IMG/VR virus record: IMGVR_UViG_3300022752_000013
Length of the DNA: 64,000 nt
Source: a virus
Lineage: Duplodnaviria; Caudoviricetes
Strand: one strand, 5' to 3'
The notes under the pieces are model-generated. The model did no database searches and had not been told where the DNA came from. It was given only the letters and a program-made list of their open reading frames with translations. The position numbers and the translations under genes were made by a program. Below are positions 57,944-64,000 of this stretch, in pieces; positions within the stretch are counted from its first letter, which is position 1, and each line of letters opens with the position of its first letter.

Positions 57944-59865
57944 ACTTATTCGAAGGTGGTAACGTATTTAAAGATGCTGACGGAAACCCACTCACACAAC
58001 GCATCAATCAAACAGATGTACCCAGCACTGTAACATGGCTGGAACAATTAACTGGTCTAGAATTTCCACGTGAGCGTTGGTTGGGTTCAACAGGCAAAGC
58101 ACCCACATCAGGTGACATGGATCTAGCAGTTGATGCCAACGAAATTTCCAAAGAACAATTGGCTGCCAAACTAGAAGCCTGGGCCCGTAGTCATGGCCAA
58201 GATCCTAGAACCTGGGTCAAGAAATCAGGCGAAGTTCACTTGCGTACTCCTATCACAGGCCGTCCCGAACTTGGATATGTACAAACAGACTTTATGTTCT
58301 TCCCTAATCTAGATTGGGGCACATTCTACTACAATCAAACATTTCCATCAGCCTACAAAGGCATGCACCGTGCGGTGCTAATGAGTTCAATTGCCAAGCA
58401 ACTGGGACTTAAAATAGGTGCCAATGGCATGTTCAGTCGTGCCACAAATGAACTTGTGAGTCAAGATCCAGACTATGTGGCCAAGGCCATCTTAGGATCA
58501 AAAGCCACTAGAGAAGACCTGGGTAATGTAGAAAGCATTTACGCATTCTTGGCCCGTGACAAAGATCGCGATGCCAAACTCAAAGACTTCCGTGAGTATC
58601 TAGCCAAAGAAGGACTCAAGGAGCCCACACAACTGGAAGAAAGCGGTGACGTTTATTTCCTGGCACGCCTGCGTGACCGTATTGTAAATCAAGGCATGTA
58701 TGCTTTGGTAGAGGCAGCCGCGCCTACCCCTGCTGCCGCACCTGTGGGTGGCAAAGCCAAGGGCATCGAGCATCTAGAAGATTACGTATTTAGAAATGGC
58801 ACAGCCGGTGTCAAAACAGCACTGGCCATTGTGGATGCCTTCAAAGAAAATTCCAAGACTGCAAGCGTCAAATGGGATGGCAAACCTGCTGTGGTATTTG
58901 GCCGCAAGCCCGACACCGGAGAGTTTGTGTTAACAGATGATGCAGGCTTTACTGCCACCGGCTACAATGGTTTGTTTACCAGTCCTAGAGCCATTGCTGG
59001 CAATATGGCACAGCGTGATGCCAATGCCGAAGCCAAAGGCAACAAAGCAGACCGTGTACAAACACTCTTACCAGTGTATGAAAAAATCTGGCCCTACTTG
59101 GAGGCAGCAACTCCCTCCAACTTCCGTGGTTATGTCAAGGGCGACTTGTTGTATACCACGACACCTCCTGTGGTAGCAGGCAATGTAGAATTCAAACCTA
59201 ACACAGTGGAATATCGTATTCCGTTAAAGAGTGCCCTGGGTACAAGAATTGCCGATAGTGAAGTTGGCGTGGCAGTACACACCATGTATGAGGACGCTGG
59301 CGCTGCCAAACAACCACTCAACAGAGTCAAGTTCAATCCTGTGCCAGGCCTGTTGTTAATCGAACCCATATATGCCAAGTCCGTGGAAATTGAAAATCCC
59401 TACGTAAAAAAGATCAAGAGTCTATTGCGAACAATGGGCCCTGCAATTGACACCTTGTTTAATCCTGCTGAATTACGTGCCGCTAAAATCACTGACTTGG
59501 CCAAATTGGCAGTAGATTATATCAACCGGCGCATCAATCCTGAATACCCTGCTTACACCGGAGACTTTAAAGATCTGGTACCGGGCTTTATGGACTACTT
59601 GAAATCCACGCAAACTCCGCAAAAGTTCCGCAACATCACAGAATACCTGCGTAGTCCTACTTCCAACGAAGGCGCCCTGGCCGCTGCCTTTGTGTTGTTT
59701 GAACTGCTACATGATTTGAAACTGGACCTGCTGGGCAAACTGGATGCACAAGTACCGGGCAACGAAGGCTGGGTGTTTGCCACCCCTGCAGGCTATGGTA
59801 AGGCTGTGAATCGCTTTGATTTCACCGCCAGAAACCGCCAAAGAAACAACCCCACAACCACCTAA
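57940..59865 (+). CDS. Two-domain protein: Pol-beta-superfamily nucleotidyltransferase plus KxDG ligase-like domain (DUF6267-like)
   Basis: LGSTGKAPTSGDMDLAVD...VQTDFM in the N-terminal half. SVKWDGKPAVVFG, GDLLY and EGWV in the C-terminal half. Confidence 0.65.
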   Translation: MNLFEGGNVFKDADGNPLTQRINQTDVPSTVTWLEQLTGLEFPRERWLGSTGKAPTSGDMDLAVDANEISKEQLAAKLEAWARSHGQDPRTWVKKSGEVHLRTPITGRPELGYVQTDFMFFPNLDWGTFYYNQTFPSAYKGMHRAVLMSSIAKQLGLKIGANGMFSRATNELVSQDPDYVAKAILGSKATREDLGNVESIYAFLARDKDRDAKLKDFREYLAKEGLKEPTQLEESGDVYFLARLRDRIVNQGMYALVEAAAPTPAAAPVGGKAKGIEHLEDYVFRNGTAGVKTALAIVDAFKENSKTASVKWDGKPAVVFGRKPDTGEFVLTDDAGFTATGYNGLFTSPRAIAGNMAQRDANAEAKGNKADRVQTLLPVYEKIWPYLEAATPSNFRGYVKGDLLYTTTPPVVAGNVEFKPNTVEYRIPLKSALGTRIADSEVGVAVHTMYEDAGAAKQPLNRVKFNPVPGLLLIEPIYAKSVEIENPYVKKIKSLLRTMGPAIDTLFNPAELRAAKITDLAKLAVDYINRRINPEYPAYTGDFKDLVPGFMDYLKSTQTPQKFRNITEYLRSPTSNEGALAAAFVLFELLHDLKLDLLGKLDAQVPGNEGWVFATPAGYGKAVNRFDFTARNRQRNNPTTT

Positions 59866-59925
59866 GATTTTGCCAATTTCATAAATAAGAGTAGGGCGAG
59901 AGCCTACTTATTAGGAGATTTTAAA

Positions 59926-60357
59926 ATGGCAGTATTTACAAAAACAAACGGTACCACCCAACCAGTATTCCACATGGACACTGGCAATGCGCAAATTGTT
60001 GGAACATCCAACATTGCGGCAACGGGTTCGGTCAACTTTCAAGGACCAAAACTAGACTTTTTCTCAGTGGTGGCTAACGCTTCATTGGTCACAAGTGCTA
60101 ACGTTAACGGTTACATCAACAACATTTTGCAAGCGATTCAAACCAAAGCAACAGTTGCCATGTATCAAGTTAGCCCAGCAGCCCCGACTATCTTGAACTT
60201 GGCTATCTACCCAACTGATGCTTACACAGCCGCAACGCTGTTGACCACGGCTAATACCAGTGCAACAGTTGCTTCCGGTGGTCAAAACATCCAGTTGAAC
60301 AGTGCCGCAGGTAACGCCGCATTCACCACAAGCGCAAGTAACTTCGCTCCAGTCTAA
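59926..60357 (+). CDS. Hypothetical virion protein (decoration-like)
   Basis: ATAAATA at 59881, AGGAGA RBS and own terminator. Ala/Thr/Asn-rich. Confidence 0.65.
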   Translation: MAVFTKTNGTTQPVFHMDTGNAQIVGTSNIAATGSVNFQGPKLDFFSVVANASLVTSANVNGYINNILQAIQTKATVAMYQVSPAAPTILNLAIYPTDAYTAATLLTTANTSATVASGGQNIQLNSAAGNAAFTTSASNFAPV

Positions 60358-60377
60358 TTTTAGATTGCGTGTGATCG

Positions 60378-60407
60378 ACCCTGGACGTAAAAAATCCAGG
60401 GTTTTTT
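60378..60407 (+). terminator. Rho-independent terminator
   Basis: ACCCTGGA...TCCAGGGT followed by a T-run. Confidence 0.8.
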
Positions 60408-60426
60408 GTTGGCCGTAAATACAGCC

Positions 60427-60840
60427 ATGACTACCAGGATTCGTGTGACTACTCAATTTGACTGCACAGCCACAGGGGTCACGGGACACTTTAGAACCAA
60501 TGTGTTGCCATTTGATGATCGTGAAGGTCAATCTGTAACAGATCAAATGACTTGGACTAGATCAAGAAACCAACAACGCAATTGGGAAACCATACTACAG
60601 ATCATTGGCCTGTATACACAGGCACAAGATATTTCGCCTACAGAGCACATCAATGAAAAATGGCAATTTGAATTCTCCACTGATTTTGATGATGTGTTTA
60701 GTGCTCATGGCGATCCATTGGGCTTGCTAAAAACCGCCTGTCGCGGAGTACCAATGTTTTACGACCTAGACACTCAGCCCAAAACTGATCAATTGGATCC
60801 AGACCAGAACATTGAATTTGCCATAGTGGACCATAAATAA
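60427..60840 (+). CDS. Hypothetical protein
   Basis: TAAATA 5 nt before the ATG at 60427. Confidence 0.65.
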   Translation: MTTRIRVTTQFDCTATGVTGHFRTNVLPFDDREGQSVTDQMTWTRSRNQQRNWETILQIIGLYTQAQDISPTEHINEKWQFEFSTDFDDVFSAHGDPLGLLKTACRGVPMFYDLDTQPKTDQLDPDQNIEFAIVDHK

Positions 60841-60843
60841 CGT

Positions 60844-61119
60844 ATGGGAGCACACATGGTTGATACAACTGATATTGAAAAGAAAAGTCTCGAAGCCCAC
60901 GTTGAATTGTGTGCAGAACGCTATCGTGCTCTGGAACTGCAAATAGACAGCGTCAAAGCAGAAATATCCTCTGTAAAAATAGTGGTACAAGAAATGCATG
61001 GCATGATGCACGACATAGTCAACAAACGCAACAATCAAATCATAGGTTGGGGCATAGGAATTATTGGATTTTTAACAGCAACCTTGGGCTATGTGATCTC
61101 AAATTTTGTGCTGAAATGA
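60844..61119 (+). CDS. Coiled-coil plus C-terminal TM protein (XhlA/holin-like)
   Basis: Heptad region, then IIGWGIGIIGFLTATLGYVI. Confidence 0.5.
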   Translation: MGAHMVDTTDIEKKSLEAHVELCAERYRALELQIDSVKAEISSVKIVVQEMHGMMHDIVNKRNNQIIGWGIGIIGFLTATLGYVISNFVLK

Positions 61120-61607
61120 ACGCCAGCCAAAAACTTGCGGCATTGGCCGAGCGAGAGTTGCCTAAATTGCTAGATCATGTGATTGTGGCAGATGGTGAAA
61201 AATACCGTGTGTTTGGCTCATATGTCATGCGTCAAACCACCCAGGGATATTCACTAACTTATCAAGACACGCCGGTGGGAACATTTACCAGCACTAGAAG
61301 CGCAGTGGCCTGGTGTATAGCCGATAAAAACCGTCAATACCGCCTGGCTAATGAAATACAGCACCTGGATTTTACCCTGTTAAGATTGCGCAACGACATT
61401 GAAGTACGTAGCAGTCAAGCCCAAAAAAGTTATGGAATATTTTGGGAAACAGTCAGTGCCAAAGCCGCACACAGGCGAGAACAAAGTCAGCAGATAGAAA
61501 ATGAATTAACAAAATGTATAAATTCGGCTAAATACTGGCAACTTCGAGGAAGCAACAATGAAACTGCAAGAACTGGCCGTAACACGCCCTACAAAACAAA
61601 TCGCTAA
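61116..61607 (+). CDS. Hypothetical protein
   Basis: Start moved to the ATGA overlap at 61116. Confidence 0.6.
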   Translation: MNASQKLAALAERELPKLLDHVIVADGEKYRVFGSYVMRQTTQGYSLTYQDTPVGTFTSTRSAVAWCIADKNRQYRLANEIQHLDFTLLRLRNDIEVRSSQAQKSYGIFWETVSAKAAHRREQSQQIENELTKCINSAKYWQLRGSNNETARTGRNTPYKTNR

Positions 61608-62445
61608 AGTGTTCGAGAGTCACTTTGACCAACGTCTATCTTTTGACTCAATGAACCGTGGCCAAGTGCGCGGCATGCTACAACGTGTGCGTGGCCTGGT
61701 CAGCGAACATCGCGCCAGCCCAGCATTTCATTACAGCGAAAAGAATCCTGCCTATCTAAAACTCATGATGATGGAACAGGCTCTGACACAACAACTTCGC
61801 GAGTATGGTGCTTCCACATCAGGCTCTACTCCTGGTGCACCCGGTGCTACTGCCGCATTGTCGACTGTGCAACAGCAACAGAAAAAGAAACAGATGCAGG
61901 ATGAGATCAAGCAAAAGCAAAAAGAAATTGCCGACTTGCAAAAAGCCATGATGAATCCAACAATGGCAGCAGAAAACAACACAGGCAACTTCTTGCGTGA
62001 ATCAGAAATTCAACAAGCACAAGTGGTATTGGCCGCACAAGACATGGTTGACCGTGTGCAGAAAATGTTGGAAGACACAACAGAAATGCAATTTAAAGAA
62101 TTGCCCGCATTGGTTGATTCAATCAAGAATGAAGTTGGCATGGATCAAGCCGCACAATTCAATGCAGATGCAGCCGCCGCACTGTCAGGACTGGTACAAA
62201 ATTTACAGGCCAGCAAAGGCCAACTGGAAGCCGCACTGGGTGTGGTAACAGGCCAAGGTGCTGGTGCTGTGGTGCCTGGTGCTGAAATGGGCGCAGACAT
62301 GGGTGCCGAGTTAGGTGCAGACATGGGTGCTGAACTAGGCGCAGAGGCCGGGCTTGATGCCGCTGCCGCTGATGCAGGCGCTGAACTTGAACCAGAACCC
62401 GAAGCCACTACACCAGCCGCCAGTTTGGGCCGCGGACGTAGATAA
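61558..62445 (+). CDS. Putative prohead core/scaffold-like protein
   Basis: MKLQE start, Gln/Lys coiled coil, FLRESE motif, GA(D/E)(M/L) tetrapeptide repeats. Confidence 0.55.
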   Translation: MKLQELAVTRPTKQIAKVFESHFDQRLSFDSMNRGQVRGMLQRVRGLVSEHRASPAFHYSEKNPAYLKLMMMEQALTQQLREYGASTSGSTPGAPGATAALSTVQQQQKKKQMQDEIKQKQKEIADLQKAMMNPTMAAENNTGNFLRESEIQQAQVVLAAQDMVDRVQKMLEDTTEMQFKELPALVDSIKNEVGMDQAAQFNADAAAALSGLVQNLQASKGQLEAALGVVTGQGAGAVVPGAEMGADMGAELGADMGAELGAEAGLDAAAADAGAELEPEPEATTPAASLGRGRR

Positions 62446-62783
62446 TGCGTATCGACGAAGTTGGCAACGGCCGGTCAGATGACACAGCCGCTCGACTTTT
62501 AGGCTTGGCCGAATTCTTATTGGGCCGAGCACGAGACACAGGTGGCCAAAAACAAATCAGCATGCAGACTTTTTTGAATCTGGCTCATAACATGCAGATT
62601 GATCTTACCCCAGAAACTCTTCAGAACATGGCCAGCCAGGCACCTCTCAATGGCGTGTTCATGCCCATTGAACCCAATTCGGGTGTGATCAAATTCAAAG
62701 GCAATGATTCTGGTACTGTGCCCATGCCGGTGAACCAAGCCCAAGACATTGTGGCTGCGGCAGCCAAACGAGCATTAAAATAA
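62445..62783 (+). CDS. Hypothetical head-associated protein
   Basis: MRIDE start; TAATG-coupled. Confidence 0.6.
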   Translation: MRIDEVGNGRSDDTAARLLGLAEFLLGRARDTGGQKQISMQTFLNLAHNMQIDLTPETLQNMASQAPLNGVFMPIEPNSGVIKFKGNDSGTVPMPVNQAQDIVAAAAKRALK

Positions 62784-62805
62784 ATCAAATATAGTCAACT
62801 AACGA

Positions 62806-62834
62806 TTGACCTAACATGTTAAATAGTGTATACT
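62806..62834 (+). promoter_or_regulatory. sigma70-type promoter of the isc mini-operon
   Basis: TTGACC-17-TATACT, with GGAGG RBS downstream. Confidence 0.8.
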
Positions 62835-62853
62835 CAACTATGGGGAGGCGTAT

Positions 62854-62985
62854 ATGAAACTGCGTAAATTAAGAGACAAATTATATCATGCCATCTTCAA
62901 ACATGATAGTGCTAAAGAAAAAAAAGTTTGGTTCAAGATCCTTAAAAAATCTACCAAACACAAACACACTGAGGACATACGATAA
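62854..62985 (+). CDS. Small basic protein (43 aa, MKLRKLRDKLYHAIFKH...)
   Basis: Read manually. GGAGG RBS; TAATG overlap with iscU. Confidence 0.6.
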   Translation: MKLRKLRDKLYHAIFKHDSAKEKKVWFKILKKSTKHKHTEDIR

Positions 62986-63368
62986 TGGCATATTCAGATC
63001 GAGTGATTGATCACTACGAAAATCCACGTAACGTGGGTAAATTTGAAATTGACGATACCGTTGGTACCGGCATGGTTGGTGCGCCTGCTTGCGGTGACGT
63101 AATGAAGTTGCAGATAAAAGTAACAGATGGGATTATCACAGATGCAAGATTCAAAACATATGGATGTGGAAGCGCAATCGCGAGTTCTAGCCTCGTTACG
63201 GAATGGGTCAAAGGTCGTACACTTGAAGAAGCAGGATCCATTCGAAATAGCCAAATTGCTGAAGAACTTGCTCTTCCACCAGTCAAAATCCACTGTTCCA
63301 TCTTGGCCGAAGACGCCATCAAAGCCGCAGTAGCAGACTATCGCAAAAAGCATGATCTCGTTCACTGA
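62985..63368 (+). CDS. iscU: Fe-S cluster scaffold IscU
   Basis: VIDHYENPRNVG, GAPACGDVM, FKTYGCGSAIASSS, LPPVKIHCSILAEDA. Confidence 0.95.
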   Translation: MAYSDRVIDHYENPRNVGKFEIDDTVGTGMVGAPACGDVMKLQIKVTDGIITDARFKTYGCGSAIASSSLVTEWVKGRTLEEAGSIRNSQIAEELALPPVKIHCSILAEDAIKAAVADYRKKHDLVH

Positions 63369-63675
63369 TACAGCACGGAACAAAATACAAAAGTTAGTTA
63401 CAACCAAAAACTATGCTGGTATTCGTCTTGGGGTTAAAACCACAGGTTGCTCCGGGCTTGCTTATGTGTTAGAGTATGTTCGAGAATACACATCGGAACA
63501 GTATGTTATCAATTATGCACAGCCAGAATTTGTTGTGCTAGTAAATCAAAAAGACAACGTGTATCTTCAAAACATGACAGTAGACTATGTGCGCCAGGGT
63601 CTTAACGAAGGCTTTGAATTCTCAAACCCCAATGAGCGTGACCGTTGCGGTTGCGGAGAAAGTTTTCGAATATAG
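63352..63675 (+). CDS. iscA: Fe-S assembly A-type carrier IscA/HesB
   Basis: IRLGVKTTGCSGLAY, F.NPN....CGCGESF. Confidence 0.92.
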   Translation: MISFTDTARNKIQKLVTTKNYAGIRLGVKTTGCSGLAYVLEYVREYTSEQYVINYAQPEFVVLVNQKDNVYLQNMTVDYVRQGLNEGFEFSNPNERDRCGCGESFRI

Positions 63676-63714
63676 TTGACAGTTGGACTATAATAGTCTA
63701 TAATTGACTATAAT
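63676..63714 (+). promoter_or_regulatory. sigma70 promoter with three tandem G(A/T)CTATAAT units
   Basis: TTGACA (63676)-17-TATAAT (63699); repeats at 63687, 63696 and 63706. Confidence 0.7.
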
Positions 63715-63715
63715 T

Positions 63716-64000
63716 ATGTATAATCCAAAATTCGACTATCAGCCTATTCCCCGAGTCACAATAGAGGGTCGGCGTTACTATGCCACCCCTGACGGCAACA
63801 ACTTGCCGTCAGTGACCACAATCCTAGACAAAACAAAACCCCCAGAAAAAGTCGAAGCACTAAACCAATGGCGACGTCGTGTGGGCGCAGAAAAAGCACA
63901 GCAAATCACAACTGAAGCAGCCAATCGTGGCACACGTATGCACACGTATCTTGAGCAGTATGTCAAGGAGGGTGCTATCAAAGAGCGCGGATCAAATCCT
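63716..64000 (+). CDS. PD-(D/E)XK Cas4/MGME1-like exonuclease (3'-truncated by the window edge)
   Basis: Read manually; not in the ORF track. GRRYYATPDG..LPSVTTIL...L.QWR.RVG...A...A.RGT.MH..LE. Confidence 0.75.
   Translation, partial: MYNPKFDYQPIPRVTIEGRRYYATPDGNNLPSVTTILDKTKPPEKVEALNQWRRRVGAEKAQQITTEAANRGTRMHTYLEQYVKEGAIKERGSNP

Noticed and set aside
5724-60909. Upstream starts given by the ORF track (5724, 12850, 16476, 18811, 20880, 42610, 46732, 60909)
   Set aside because: They fall in promoters, terminators or upstream genes; downstream ATGs have RBS, promoter or coupling support.
62994-63407. Minus-strand ORFs over iscU
   Set aside because: Antisense shadows of a highly conserved plus-strand gene.
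1-64000. Stop-codon reassignment
   Set aside because: Core genes are full-length in the standard code, and TAA, TAG and TGA all end genes.
63716-64000. Cas4-like gene as evidence of a CRISPR-Cas system
   Set aside because: Stand-alone PD-(D/E)XK exonucleases are common in T4-like phages; no array or other cas genes are visible.

Overview
This window is part of a large T4-like (myovirus-type) phage genome in the standard genetic code, with no host genes, tRNAs or CRISPR arrays visible. It carries virion and packaging genes: tail-fibre-like proteins, gp13/gp14/gp15 neck and completion proteins, an 1160-aa tail sheath, tail tube, gp4 and terminase. It also carries a T4-type recombination and replication set (gp32, UvsX, UvsY, UvsW, primase, gp41 helicase, dNMP kinase). 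A ~17 kb glycan-biosynthesis island holds gmd, many glycosyltransferases and methyltransferases. Fe-S assembly genes iscU and iscA lie near the right end, with a radical SAM gene at ~29 kb. Two promoter classes are readable: sigma70 (TTGAC-17-TATAAT type) and T4-late-like (T)ATAAATA, many only 4-7 nt from an ATG. The most striking observations are (1) a 186-aa miniature DnaE-like protein that keeps all three catalytic-aspartate motifs; (2) a predicted capsid-packaged polyprotein joining a Pol-beta-type nucleotidyltransferase to a KxDG ligase-like domain; (3) a family of head proteins built from cassettes bounded by gp21-type cleavage motifs; (4) an apparently late-expressed glycosylation island; and (5) RNA/DNA regulatory elements (ssb leader, AUG-sequestering hairpin, palindromic operator). 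All assignments come from motif recognition by eye, with no database searches.
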